DNA from: Antedon mediterranea
Taxonomy: Eukaryota > Animalia > Echinodermata
NCBI RefSeq assembly: GCF_964355755.1
Contig: NC_092680.1
Location: 6,200,001 to 6,264,000 of the forward strand
Length of the DNA stretch: 64,000 bases
Direction of reading: 5' to 3'
Part shown: piece by piece, positions 12,359-26,544 of the stretch
How positions within the stretch are numbered: the stretch's first letter is position 1
Layout of the letters: each line of letters begins with the position of its first letter
Notes under the pieces: generated by a model
What the model was told of the DNA's origin: nothing
Databases searched by the model: none
The model's input: only the letters and a program-made list of their open reading frames with translations
Position numbers and translations under genes: made by a program

Positions 12359-12697
12359 AGGGAAGAGTTAATACAATTTAACTCTTCCCTGGTCCATCAT
12401 AACAATTCATACGTGAAATTAATTTTCCAAATTACGTACTTTACGTATGAGTTAAATGTTTAAATTAATATACAGATAGATTCAAATTAAATTAGCACAT
12501 TATGTAATTCATTAGTTGAATTAATCATTCAATCAGGTTTTACCTTTTACCTGATTCTGGATAAACATACAGTTTTGTTCTATTATCAATCATTCAAACC
12601 TTATCGGGCCACACGGTGACCTGGTTTTTAAAATAATTTTGACTATTTCATTTAGCATTTCTAGTTTGGCGTAGTAGCCTACCGTCCGCTGCAATAA

Positions 12698-12893
12698 AGG
12701 CCAATTTACATAGACGAGCGGTAACAGTAAGCGGAAAACCGCATAGCTTGTCCCACGTAGAATCTGTATCTGTTCTATACGAGCGGAAACCATCCGTCGT
12801 TCGCTCCGCGTTGTGTGTAAATGGTCAACAGGAGGAATAACATAGATTCTATACTTTATATTGTCGTTACCGCTCGTCTGTGTAAATTAGCCT
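12698..12893. mobile_element. PIF/Harbinger-type MITE, family C
   Basis: TIR aggccaatttacatagacgagcggtaac...gttaccgctcgtctgtgtaaattagcct with TAA on both flanks. Confidence 0.85.
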
Positions 12894-13792
12894 TAACCCA
12901 GGATGATGTTGCATGAGAACGTCTGAAAAATGATATCATTCATGAAATATCATTACAAATCCACATAGTATCTACAAACACGCCTAGCAACCAAAGAAAG
13001 CACAGCTACCAGTGTTTATTTGAACTTTTCATTTATTACACAAAAATTTAATTATTATCAATATATTTAAAGCATGTTATCTATATTATTTATTGTTTTG
13101 ATTTAGTGCTTAGCTTATTTTATTTGTATCTCCATCAATATCAGCCACTACTACAAAACAGTATCTTCAGTAATTGCCTTTTCATCGACTGATTGATTGA
13201 TTTATTTATTTGAAAACACACCTCGTTGGCAAGAAAAAACAATCCTTGCTATCATGAAAAATAAGACACACTTAAAACTATAATGTACACACACAAACAA
13301 TAAAAATGAAAGCCATGGACAATTTTTGAAACCAAAACTCCAGTGGAAAAACATAATTTTGAACTTAGGCCAACAGTTTGGCAAATTCAATAAAAACACA
13401 GAAATTTGGCATTTCCACTACTTTCGTTGTTGTTTTTTTGATTGATCATTTAATAAAAAGAAATATTTGTGTAAAAATAACATTATAAGTACCAAATGGC
13501 CTTTGTAACAATTTGGATGACGAACCTATCAGTTGGATTGCTTAAGGAACACTGCCGAGAAAATTTTATCAACTTTGCGTACTTGTTTTGCTGCTGCTTA
13601 AATCAACAACCAAAAAGGAACATTTTCATAATATGAATTCGGGATGAAATACCGAGACAGACAAGAACATTAGAGAAATTCATATTTTGTAATAATTATG
13701 CATCAACGAACATTCTAAGATAATTTAGATAATATAAGCCTAATGTAAAACGGTTGCTACCGATTATACGAACTAGCTTCTGCTAGCTGATT

Positions 13793-13833
13793 CACCTGAC
13801 GATGACCGACGATGAAAGGTTGAAGCTGTAGTG
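13793..13833 (+). ncRNA. Degenerate minimal hammerhead ribozyme motif (Penelope-like remnant)
   Basis: CAC CTGACGA T GACC..GGTT GAA GCTGTA GTG: stem I CAC/GTG, CUGANGA core and stem II are present, but the GAAA/stem III region is damaged. Confidence 0.3.
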
Positions 13834-14463
13834 GTATGTAACAATACTTTTTTTTGGCTTAGAAAAAAAAAGAAACTTCATCAAACATACGAAGCCAAAT
13901 GAAATTATTTGAACATAGCTAATATAATATATAATAGAATCTATATAATTAGGCCTATATACGTCTGAATTTATGATATTGACTTACAGAATTTGGCAAT
14001 CAACATTCATTTTAACATTGCAATAAAGATATATGTTATAATTTTATACATTTCCGATACAGTCCATTAATAACATAATGATTTTCACCTATAACTTGAA
14101 TGCTGTTTTTTTTCTGGTAGAATAGCCAACGGACTGTGAACGTACATTTCAAAGCTTATTGAATCGTAATGGACCATGATAAATTATCAATCGTCAGCCA
14201 CAAATAATTAATGTACAGTGGTAATCACTTAATAGAAAATTAGATATTTGCAATTAGTTATGAAGTAAATTGCCGCTTTGTAGTGAGCTGGCATTCAACG
14301 GCTAACTCTGTTTGGGAATTCTTTCGCCAGTGTCGGCAAACGCAGACATTAATGTACTAATTAATTGTTCATCAAACATCGGATAAGCTTGTGTTTCGAC
14401 ATACATTTTACAACATTTTGTAAAGTTAGAAAATAAGTAGGATATCTTCCTTGAAAAAGGGCA

Positions 14464-14580
14464 TAGCGCACATCGCAAGGACGTACGCGCAACGCTAGTA
14501 CGCTGTCCAATAATAAGTGACAGCCCGGATGATCCGTCGCTTGTGATTGGTCAAATCACGTTACGTGGGAGACAAAACTT
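14464..14580. mobile_element. Decayed family-A MITE
   Basis: gcaaggacgtacgcgcaacgc...gtcgcttgtgattggtcaaatcacgttacgtggga matches family A internal sequence. Confidence 0.6.
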
Positions 14581-15977
14581 AAGATAATTAATTCTGAATA
14601 TCGGGTGGTATATTTCTTTAAACGACGAATGCTCTACCACGCGGACAGTAATAAAACATTTGCATTGTTTTTGTGCCATAATTTGTGTTTGTAACGAAAG
14701 GTACGCAGCACAAACACGTAGGATCACGTGAATTAATGTGTTTTATCTCTCAATAATGTGATTGACACGAACATATCTCTATGGATTTTTCTATCAAAGT
14801 CTTGTCTTAAGATCATAATGTCTACATTTTACCGTCAGAAATGTAGACACGAATCCCCGGGCACACATTTGAAACCACAGCCATTGTCAATCAATCACAA
14901 GGAATATGTGAATATAGTATAATCTTTGAATCTATGACATTTTATATAGTCATCATCTTTACATGTTTCAATTCTACTACCGTTTTAGTTCGATTTGAAC
15001 CCCAGGCCTAGACATTGTTCAAACTCGGATTCATCGTACAACAGTCGTATGAACAACAACACATGTTGATGATGAGACATGGCTATTAATTTCAAAACAA
15101 TAATGGTGACTTTGAAATATCTACTATTAGAATAGATTGCCTATAGGAAAATGTCATAATTTCATCGACACATTTTTTAATACATTAATATGACGTTGTA
15201 TCATGTGATGTTGTATCATGGAATGATTAATACTGAATGAGAAAGACACCGAATTGAATTGAGTGTTAGGACAAGTTCTAACTAACTATAAATTCGATCA
15301 GAGTGCAAATTCTCTGTACTGTATTTTCATATATAGGCCTAGTCATACAACGGCTAAATTGTGATTAGGCCTATAAAATAAGGCAGAAATTCTAATTGGT
15401 TTTCTTTAACCGCCTGAATTCAAGCACCTATACAAAAAAAAAATTCGTAACTCACGCATAACCTATTCACCCTCACTTTAAATTACCCTGATTCTATAGA
15501 GACATTGCTATCAACTTAATTGGAAAATATAACTAAAAGAAGGTCAAAGGTTCTTTAAATAACATCAATGGTAATAATCTGTTTTTTTATACATCAACCA
15601 AAATAATACAAATCTTAATTAATTAATTTCAATGGATATTTGCTTGAGGGGACATAATTCGATAAGATGAATTAGTAACATCATTATATTGATGAACATT
15701 ATAACTGATTACGCGTCTGAAAGAATGAACCAAACGAAGTGGTGTCAAGGATCAAGTATCCAATAGTCGAACTTATTACAGTGATAATGATAATGAATAC
15801 AATCTTACATTATTAGCCATTATAATGCTTTTAACAACAATAACATTGTATAAGAAATTGGGACATGATGGGACAAATAATGTCTAGCCTGCAGCCATTA
15901 TAATTATATTAAATATAACTTATTTTAAATTAACATTGCCATGCTCAACAGTGTTTGGTTTAGATATTATTACAGTT

Positions 15978-16180
15978 TATATAAAACCTAAATAAACTCC
16001 TGTCATTTGTTTGGACGATTGTGGGTCACATCGCGTGCAATATTACGCACTATTGAATGGTCGTTCAATAGTACTTTTTTGTGTGTACAAAAACAAATTC
16101 ACCTCGTTGGAATATAACCTTCATCATTCACCTCATGTCATTATTTGTACCATTAAACTCATAAACATTCATTATTTTTA
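15978..16180 (+). mobile_element. Foldback repeat family F, copy with one hairpin arm deleted
   Basis: Reverse complement of 26545-26852: tatataaaacctaaataaactcctgtcattt..ttggacgattgtgggtcaca...cctcgttg..atataaccttcatcattcacctc..gtcattatttgtaccatt. Confidence 0.8.
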
Positions 16181-16648
16181 TAATATTCTGTGGTAAAATT
16201 ATATAGGTGAACTTACTAGGCCTAACTTTACCTTTATTGTAATATTGTACTCTACACTTTGGTGACGTCAAGAAGGAAACTTTTCCTAATTATCACATAA
16301 AAGCATGAAAGCTCTGAATTAAGACCATAATTGACTTGCACACACACAACGGTTGAATATCATCATTTTTAAAATTAATCTCAAAATATTTTTATTTTTA
16401 GTATTATATATTTTGATATACATACATTGATATACTGTAGTGGACACAAAATGGAGGTGCGTTCATGAAACAGTAAAAACAAACAAACAATAGTAATATA
16501 TAAATAATATTCATTTCCACCGATAATATGAATATAGCTAATACAATAATAATCTACTGATGATTTATTTCGAAATTTGAATTCGAAAAAATAGATACGG
16601 TTTTAAAGGTCAAATGTCAAATTAACAATTATGTAAAATCAAAACTCG

Positions 16649-16650
<2 letters not shown>

Positions 16651-16713
<63 letters not shown>
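16651..16713. repeat. (AT)n microsatellite, about 31 units
   Basis: Perfect AT dinucleotide run. Confidence 0.98.
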
Positions 16714-16714
<1 letters not shown>

Positions 16715-19700
16715 CATATTAAACATTTCTTGCAATGTTGACGTAAGTGGTAAAAATATATTTCATTTTGATGAATAGAAATTTATTTATGGCTATGGCT
16801 ACACAACGAATCGATTCTGCCCTACTTATATACAATATATAACTCGCTTCTGAAGTTTATTACATTTCATTTCTAGATGCTAATAAAAAAAAAACATTGA
16901 ATGAAACTCGACCCAAAGTTTAACCATTACACGTACTTAAACTAAAGTCCAATATGTAGGCTTCGGCTTCAAAATTACAGTCGGGAGATGTAGGCCTAGC
17001 CTAATGGTAAAACACATACAATGCTTTATTTGATCAGATTCTCGTACGGTAGTAATTCTCTAGAATTCTCTACAAGAATCGACTGTTGATTTATACGTAC
17101 GTAAATACGTTATCGTAGCCGACCGATGTATGAAGGCAATGTTTCAGTGGCAAATTCAATCATAGCGTACATCAAATGTTATGAACAATGTCACATGTGA
17201 CGTAGTTTATCCTGCATGATTAAAGAAAATATCAACACAACTGGTTAAACTTGTTAACAATATTGCAGATGTTTTTAAGCCACAACTTTCTAGCAACTTA
17301 TGCCAAATATAAAAGATTAATTAGGCTAATAGTATAGGCATAAGTTATTAACACAACATCAATTTGTTGACATACAAACACACATTTTCAAACCGAAAAA
17401 TATATTAGGTCGAATTTTTCGAGGCGCCTGCAAAGATCATCACCTCTGAAATTAATGATAATTATTGAATCAGGACATGGAATATGTGTATTATTACCAC
17501 CGGTAGTAAAGATCAATTGAGGGTTATCGATAATACACGTTTAATTGACAACGAATAAAAAAAAAGATATTAAGGTTATTTGTTAATTCTCAGTCCTCTG
17601 GCTAAGTACGATACGTCTGCCAATGTGATGTCAGCCTTGTTAGCGCATTACAGTATAACCGTCGATGTCAATATGTAAATGGTGATTCTCGTAAAATAGG
17701 CTTACAATACAAACTGTTTCGGTTGGAGCGATTTTTCATTTTTCTCCGCCACTCACAGTGGATGCGTCTTTGCCAAATACATAGGGCCTATACACATATT
17801 TAACACGAATATCTCAAGAACGAACAGTTTAATTTTATACTATTTTGCATTATTTTGATAAAAACTAACATATACAAGTTTTCTTTTTATGTTACTGTAG
17901 GCCTACACTTCATGAACTTTTTCGATTAGAAATTGCTCTTCTTTTTCTAGAAATGAAAATAGTTTTTGTATCTTGAGGATACTTAATTGAATATTTTTTT
18001 ATTAAAAAAATTGTACATACCGTACATGCTTAACATTTTGAATTTTCTCATTCATTTAGGTATGATTATTTTTATTGAATGAGCGTTTCTATAACGGCAC
18101 GTACACGGAACAAGATCGATAAAAGTAATGAAAACGCGTTCCATACAGTGATAAACGCATTTCCTATGCGAAACATAAAAAACTAGGACGACGCAATATT
18201 TGCTGTAATCTTATGACGTAGTGGAAGTATTATAATAGTGAGTGGCCACTAAAATGGCATTACGACCAACATCAACCAGCTACAATTGCGGTAACGTAAT
18301 CAGCAAGTTAACTGCCATAATGGATATATATGGATATACTGTATAACATTGCTTACGGTAGCCCAATGGAAACAGAGTCCCTCGGGCTGATCTAAAATGC
18401 CAAGAGTGACTGTGTTTTACCCGACCACATTGATCTGTTAAGATGTCTACATTACGATACGATTAATGAGAAAAACATAAATCAATAGAAAATAACGTAT
18501 TTCCTTATCGCTGTCATCGTATTAAAACTGGTAAAGCCTTGATTTCATAAACGCGAGCCGTATATTTTTATAAAGCCAGGACTCCAGATAGAGATTACTA
18601 ACTCTTTTTAAATTAAAAAAAATATGTATCGAAACAAGAGCTTTCGATTTGCGAAGACCAACACAATTAATTGTGCGCATGCGGGTAAGGTTCCCGCTCC
18701 CCACCTCGACACAGTTTTGGTAGTTTCTAGTTTCAGACGAAGACTTAAATGGTATCTAAGCTAGCATTCACTGCTTTGGTGGTAGGTAAATAAGATACCA
18801 TTTCCCCTAATTATGTGCCTTTCTTGTACACAATGTTTAGTGGTTACATTAATGAAAACAACAAAACTCGTACACATCTAGCAACTCATTTTTTAGAAAA
18901 CATGATAATAGATTTGGAATGACATGTTTACAGAAAATGTAATAATTATGGAAAAGTAAATTCCAGGCATCAATAAATTGAAAACGTTGTTTATGGTACA
19001 GCATATATTTCTGAAATCCTCAATGTATTATACGACCACGTAAAACTCGGGAGAGTGATGGTTTAAATGTTTATCACTTCGCCTGAATGTCATCAACTAA
19101 CAACATTTAAATCCCATTAGTTTTACCAACGAAACACGTCTAATGTAAATAATTGCAAGGTATCTGTTTAAATAAACATGAAAATACTTTAATTGATGTA
19201 TCGTCTGATAAGATAAAGTGTTAAAAAAACCAAGAACATCAAGACAACAACAAATATCTCTGAACAGAGAATCATCCATCAATTATGTAAAAACTTGCAT
19301 CAAATATTAAAATATCACTCTCTGTTCACAATACCTGCAAGTGTGTGTTTGGTGAAGTATTGTAAATAATACACGTAAATATAGGATAAAGGTAATGCAT
19401 TATAAACAAAAATTATTATTATTTGAATGTTTGTTTTAAGAAATGTACGTGAAGAGAAAGGTACATAACATTGTACAAACAAAAATGACATTTTAAAAGA
19501 GAAATACAAATATAATGTTATTTATTTCTGAAGTCTGGAGTCATGTCCACTTCAAATCACAGTGAATATTATCTGATGTTAGAAAAAACACAACTTATTA
19601 TATCAAATCAGTGAAAAATGCAAAGCGTTTACACCTTTCTCGGTTACCAATTTTGAAAGTGTAATTCAGATTAGTGAAGTGTTTTGGGACACCTACAGGA

Positions 19701-22700
19701 TTTGAAACTCATTATGTCACTCATTAGTCTCTGACCTGGGACTATACCAACATGTTGGCCTTCTTTATTTTATTGAAAAATAATAACCATGCAGAATTGC
19801 CAAACAATACCCCATATGATGTTTGAAGATGCAAAACATATGTAGACAAAGTAAAGAAAACTCAAATGTGATCGACCTAGTTTTAACAGAATCTTTTCAA
19901 TATTTTCAAAACACCTACTTTAAGCAAAGTAATCCACAAATCCAACCGAAATTATGTTAGATAAATAACAGAATTAACTGATTTTATTGCCAAAACAAAC
20001 GTATTACTTGGTCTAACGTAATGCATATAAGATGCAATGGTGTGAACATTAATGAGTTAAATGTGCAGCCAGCCTTCTCATGACTTGTCGATTACGACAC
20101 TTGCTGCAGAAAAAAGTGTTTTAATTGCTAACATTTGAACCATATATCCAATGAAATAATAGATGTAGGCTAGATTGAAACTAGCTTTCATCTTTAAGTA
20201 CAAGATTTAAGTTTTTAAACGTACACGGAAAGTAGGAAAGAGGTTTTTTTCGTATTTGTATTCCGATATAACATTATTTTAGTCTACAAATAAAACAAAC
20301 CAGAAGAACTTGGTTAGAATGGATATGTCATGAATAAAGGTAGCTTACCACATGGAATTAAAAAAAATCTTACTATATCCTACTGTATGATATAATATCT
20401 GAACAATTGCTATCGAACCTATTTCTGTTCTCCATCATTTCTCTATAGCTGTTAAATAGAATGAGTTTATTCTCTAAATAAGTAGGCCCAGGTTCAGACC
20501 AGATCCTATTAAACACACGTTCAATCTAATATAACTCTTGTGCGGCAGTTGATGGCTGTTTGATGACAAGAAGGATCATTAATAATCTTCAATAACGCAC
20601 CAACTCTTACATTTAAAATATGCCAAACTATAAGACGCTTGATCCGTTCCAACTTTTCAGTATCGGCAATTTATTTATACTCTATCTACTTTATTTCCAG
20701 AAAAAAACAATTCAAAAGAAGAAGGAAATCAACGACATGGGATCCAGGAAAATACTTAAGGATGAAGAACAAGTTAATACATTATTTTCCTCTAAATCCG
20801 GGACTGTTTAAATAACATTGATAATGGATCGTCATAGAGTATAATTACAAAAAAATACAATGGCGAAGGTAAACTTTTAAGACCATGTGCTACGCAGAGA
20901 AATAGAGATGCGATTCCAATACAATTTTCGTATTCATTATTAGAAATAGTGAACCACGATGACATCAATAAAATTCGCGAGTTTTATATAAAAATTAATT
21001 ATAAAGAAAAGACAACAACTTGTATTTTAAATTATAAGCACACCATGAATGTAATTAGCTGTAGGCCTACACCTTAAATACTGATAACGACCCTGTTTTA
21101 AACATAGAAAAATTAGCGCCCCCTATCGGTATATTACCATTTTATACCCAATAACGATATAAACGTTTTTCGGCCATTTCGCTCTCTAAGTACTTCATGG
21201 AAGTTTCAGCATATGCATGCCTTTATTCAAATTGTTTAAGTCTGTAATATTGTAGTTGTTTAGTTAAATAATTATTGTTATTTTATGAACTTTGAGAAAT
21301 GAATTGGACATGTTCTGAATATATATAATCGTGCTGTTGCTTTAAATATCACTCTCAATTAGTTATTGATTTCGTCCTAATTGGTAATGTATTGTATGGA
21401 TATATATTCTAGTAAGGTATACAACTGTACGTGTGATTCGTTTAATAACATAACTAGAATTATTCCCAATCAAGTTATAGCCTAAACAAAATAATATGAT
21501 GATATAAAAAGAACGGTAACACTGTTTTTCATTGAATGTCACCATTTTAATTAACGTATAACTTTATGAAATCGACTTCAATCAATCATTCATGACTTAA
21601 AAGAATTATTTCGGATTTATAATCTTAATATTACGAGCGAATACGTTGTTTCAAAATATTACTTTGTTAGTCGTTCAAGTACATGCAATATGATTTAAAT
21701 AGTCCGTGTAAAGTGTCCTTACAGCGCTCAATTCTCAAGGCCTTTCAAGTACAACGTTTTTGATGTAAACATCTATATGTGGACGTAATCATTCAATGAT
21801 AGAAATTTATCGTTCGTTGTCTGAACCAAAACATCCATAACAAATAAAATAGTAAATGTTGACGGCCTTCTTTAATTTGTTTAACCTACTGTACGTTTAT
21901 TTTTTATGTAAACATTGACATTAACGCGTTTATAACAGACACGTACGTTTCATGTTCGTGTATGTATTTCGAGATTTTACGGTCTGGATTCCCAAAACGT
22001 AAAGATATAGCAGTTGTTCTAATTACGCGTACCATTTCAAATGTGTATCATCTTGTTAATTATTGTCTGTGCAGTATCAGGCTAGCTATAATAGTGGCGG
22101 ATTTATTAACATGAAGTTATATAATATCAAGTATTCATTCTATGTTTTTAAGTACATTTAACTATCCCCTTATCGATAAATTCTTTACACGAGAGTGCTT
22201 CAGATTGAAGCATATTGATTCGGTTTTGTCTTTGGATATTTACTATACACACCAACGCACTTACAAACTATTGGTCTTACATTCAAACTAGGACAAACTC
22301 GTGAGTTCAAATTGAACTCAAATGACATAAAGTAAGGTCAGCCATAATTTAAACACTACAATATGGAAACATAGGCCCACAACCCATCTAAACGACAATC
22401 TGCAAGGTACGATATTATGTACTGTATTACTGTATTAAACACACTGTTTTTGTAACCCAATTCTGCAGCTGTCACTAGATAGATTCTAACTGACCATTGC
22501 AATTCAACGGATGTTTTTGTGGCTTATTTGACTGCCTTTGACTGCATGAAACCCCCTCTACGGTGCAGTGATGAGGTGATGTATTTATACATCTATCCTC
22601 TTGCTCTTTAAGATCTTTTTCTGTGAACAGAATGTAAAACACATTCTATTTATAGCCTATGTATATTCTGATTCTATTCTCAAAGGAACACTTTCTGTAT

Positions 22701-23141
22701 TTTTGTCAATTTCATTTCTAAAATTAAAATGTCCTAAATTATATTTAATCTTCAATAATATGAAAATATAATTATAAAATACACGTGGAGCAACGCATTT
22801 TTATCCAGATGAATTAGTTAAACGTATTTGTGCGTGACTGCAAAATAACTGTGACATTACTTACCTCACGCTCGTTTAAAAATAATATTATACTTTGATT
22901 AATAACTGCATTAAAGACATTTGTTTACGAGTTATGACCTTGAAATGTGTGTATGTTAATCGAAGGTTGGAAATACATGTTTTACATTGAGTGATAGTAT
23001 TATTGCAAGGTGTAAATATCATTACAAATAATACAGTTTGTTTAATGATGTATCGCAGGAAACATTCATATGGAACGCCAGAAAGGCATTGATTTACGTC
23101 CTTATATATTACTGTATAGTGTACACTATACTTGTTACAAC

Positions 23142-23182
23142 CATAGAGATATTATAGTGTAGTTCAGTATAATATCTCTATG
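23142..23182. mobile_element. 41-bp palindromic mini-element (hAT-like) with apparent target duplication
   Basis: catagagatattata-gtgtagttcag-tataatatctctatg. gttacaac occurs on both sides, sharing 1 nt with the element on the right. Confidence 0.6.
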
Positions 23183-23821
23183 TTACAACTAACAGTCTAT
23201 TCGGCGTTTCATACACAAAATAATTGCAGCGATAAAAAGTACATACGCAGTAGTACCCGAACACCTGTGATATCTTCACTATGATTCTACTGCAAAGAAC
23301 ACACAGAACCTGAGAATACACCAAGCATCGTTGCGGATGTGTTTACTCCTCAATCGAATAAACAAAAATCAGATCTGAGCTACATTACTAAACTAACATT
23401 TAAACACGTGATTCTTCTGTGTTTAAAAGTGAGGAAATTCTATCGAACAGCTGACCATACTACTAAGCAGACAAAACATATCATTGGATTAAAATCTGGA
23501 CCTATAGGTTACGGGTCTTTAATAATATTATATAAATCCCTTATAGAGCATCAATATCCTAATATTTGACTAACATTAAATGCAATAAATGGTCATGGAA
23601 CACTCTGTTTACACTTTAGTTGTTTAAATATCTCTATGAGTCCCATTAAGGTTCAATTACTATATTTTATTGATTATTTGTGTGCAAAGACAATCGCATG
23701 AATATTTTAAATAATATCCATACTTCGCCACACATGATCTACCAAGCAAATGAGCGTAACAACATTAATTTATTGTTACACAAAGGATTAATTTATTTTG
23801 AAAATGTTCAGGGGCTGCTAA

Positions 23822-23982
23822 AGCTCTGCCTACACTATCAAACTAGTTTGACAAAAAAAGTGAGATGTGCCCAAGTATGGTAGTGATATGCCCAAATATG
23901 GTAGTGATATGACATCATCATATATGGGCACTATCACATTTTGTTGTCACATAAAGTTCGATTGTGTAGACAGTACAAAGCT
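23822..23982 (+). mobile_element. PIF/Harbinger-type MITE, family B
   Basis: TIR agctctgcctacactatcaaact...agttcgattgtgtagacag..agct. Internal tandem of tgcccaaatatggtagtgata. TAA/TTA flanks. Confidence 0.8.
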
Positions 23983-24976
23983 TTACGCTATCAACAGTAT
24001 TTTTTTTTTCAGACGTATTCATTACTTCATAACATAATTACATGGGTGCCATGAGACTTTTATTTATGGAGAAATAAGACCTAACTACCTCTAGACAAGT
24101 TTTCCCTTATATCTATAATAATCCTGGCTACGGGCTTGAGCATAACTTATTGTATGTATGAAGGCTTTTTGTAATGAAGTTCGCTTAGAATACGGATGTG
24201 CGCATGCTTCTAACGTTTAAAGGAATCAATCAAATAAAACAGCAATAATAGAGGTGACGAACGATATGAACAAAATTAAAAACTTGTTCCACTCAGGGTT
24301 ATTACTTTTAAATAAGTATTGGAATGGTTGAATACTTAACATTTGTTATCCTACGCTCTGTCGCCCAAAATACTTCAAATCCTCCAGTTTAATTTACGTT
24401 AAACTGTTAATTATACGGCTTTAAAATGATAAATGGAAATAATGACTTTGTACTGTCAGAAAGAACTGATGTTCCGAGGAAGTTACTTCTAATTCCATTT
24501 CTTAGTAATCATGGATTTTACTGTGGGTGGGCGAATTATTTACTTTAGTGTTTATTTATGTAGTATTTTGGTATATTAATCTTGTACAAAGAAGTTAGAA
24601 AGACACGCTTTTGGGCAGAAGAGGCACGCCCTTGGGCTGGAGAGATAAGTCTTTTAGCGATATTTGCACGTCTCTGTTCACCGGTGCACAGTTCTTGTTC
24701 TCTATTTAGGAGCAAACTTCATTGTTGAAGGCTACTGCTCCATTGGCTTTAGCTTTTGTCATTTTCAAGCATACACAGTTACATTATCTTTTTCAATCTA
24801 GCACCATAAATGTATTTGACATAAATAAAAAATAAATTAAAAAAAAGGTGTGTTGGTGAACTTTTTGATTGAAATTAGAGAGTTACATAGCAGAAAAAAA
24901 TAGATAGATTTAATACCCTCAGAATTATATAGTAAGCCATATGCATAATATTTTTCTATTCTAAAATCCCGCATTA

Positions 24977-25077
24977 TGGCCAATTTACACAGACGAGCGG
25001 TAATGATAAGCGGCAAATGGTAGGCTGAAAACTATCAACAAATAATAGAACTATGTTTTATTCTTAGCGCTTGCCAT
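24977..25077 (+). mobile_element. Partial family-C MITE
   Basis: TTA-tggccaatttacacagacgagcggtaatgataagcgg matches the left end of 12698-12893. Confidence 0.65.
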
Positions 25078-26121
25078 TTTCACATGTGATTGCTCTATCA
25101 ATTACGCAACATTGGTATTAGTACAGCATGAAGGAAGACATATTTAATACCGTAAGCAGTATAAACTTAGTTTATACTGACAGTACGAAGTCATCAATAA
25201 ACAAGAATGTGTTTTCATTCATAACTCACCTCCCCTCTCTCTATTTCGTTTACAATTATACAGGCCAGAAACCATGTTATAGATTAGGTGAAACTATAAG
25301 ACTCTGGTCTAGAGTAAAGTGCAGTTGAACCTTACATTTTAAAACCATATTTTACAAGTTAAAGTATTATTCAAAATGCAACGCTAACGAATATTAACAT
25401 ACAAATTATCATTGCCATTGTATTTTTAATACATCATTATTATTTATTGCATTTGATCCAATTATTCTATTCGCGATGATTGCATCAGGGAGCGTATCTT
25501 CATTATCATTGTTTTTTTAGATGGCACAAAGCTGTTATTAACCCATATTCCATCGTTAAACTATGATTAAATAGACTAAGCATTCTAAAAAATAATTTAT
25601 CAATCGTATTTTTTTTTGCATTATACTGTAAAATGACAGCAATAAGGCTTAATTTTGAGTACAAAAAAGACCCTATTAACCTATAGGTTCGATTCACGCA
25701 CTATACATTCTTTACTGTATTAATATCAAAGCGCTGTCGCTAAATCTACAATAATCCCATCTGGTCCAAGTTTCCAATATCGATAATGTCGCTATTTTTG
25801 GATACCGTTCTATCGGGTTGATAACATAATGATAATGAATTAATTTATCTTTTATTTTCTCTATTTAAACCGACAGGATTGTGTTAACCGGACTTTCAAC
25901 GACATTTTGATTGCCTAGAGAATTTCAACGAACGGGATACAGATTGAATACAACCGTTTTTAAGGCTTAATTTGAATTTTATAATGGAATAATGCTGCTG
26001 TCGTGATCAAAGTCAATACTATCTGTGCGACACACTTTGATGGCGGTTTCATTCGATTATAACGGGGTCTATCAAAACCGTGTATTTATTGTTTTCATTA
26101 AAACAAAACAAGCTAACATAA

Positions 26122-26265
26122 CGCTGTGTCTACACTATCAAACAAGTTTGACAAAAAAGTGTGATGTGCCCAAATATGGTAGTGATACTCAAATATGGTA
26201 GTGACGTCATGTCCATGTATGGGCACATTTTTTTTCACATAAAGTTTGATAGTGTAGAGAGAGCC
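26122..26265 (+). mobile_element. Family-B MITE
   Basis: cgctgtgtctacactatcaaac...aagtttgatagtgtagagagagcc with TAA/TTA flanks and the same internal repeat as 23822-23982. Confidence 0.85.
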
Positions 26266-26333
26266 TTATTAGGTCTCAAGAGCGTTTTAAAATTATCATA
26301 TTAGTGCAAGTTTCTACATTGCTATTCTTTATC

Positions 26334-26430
26334 AAACAATGCCATATACATGGATGCAGTCGTCGCGTGCTCAAGGTAGAGTTTACCGACCAACCGACCT
26401 ACCAACCAACCGACTGACATAGTAAGCTGT
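26334..26430 (-). mobile_element. HINE/DINE-like Helentron-associated element, truncated
   Basis: aaacaatgccatatacatggatgcagtc..gcgtgctcaag..gtttaccgaccaaccgac...catagtaagctgt matches 34756-34884. Confidence 0.75.
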
Positions 26431-26544
26431 CTTTTATGATATTTATACATTAAAGTTATCTTTTCTTCTATACATCCACATTTTTGTTATATCTAAGATA
26501 ACCACCTGACCACACCATGCCTAGATTCAACAAGCATATAATAT

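Noticed and set aside
20620-20811. Purine-rich exon-like stretch after ttatttccag
   Set aside because: Acceptor-like site only. No recognisable protein and no supporting exons.
23822-23982. 21-bp direct repeats (tgcccaaatatggtagtgata) as a CRISPR-like array
   Set aside because: Only two adjacent units without spacers, inside a MITE in eukaryotic DNA. No cas genes.
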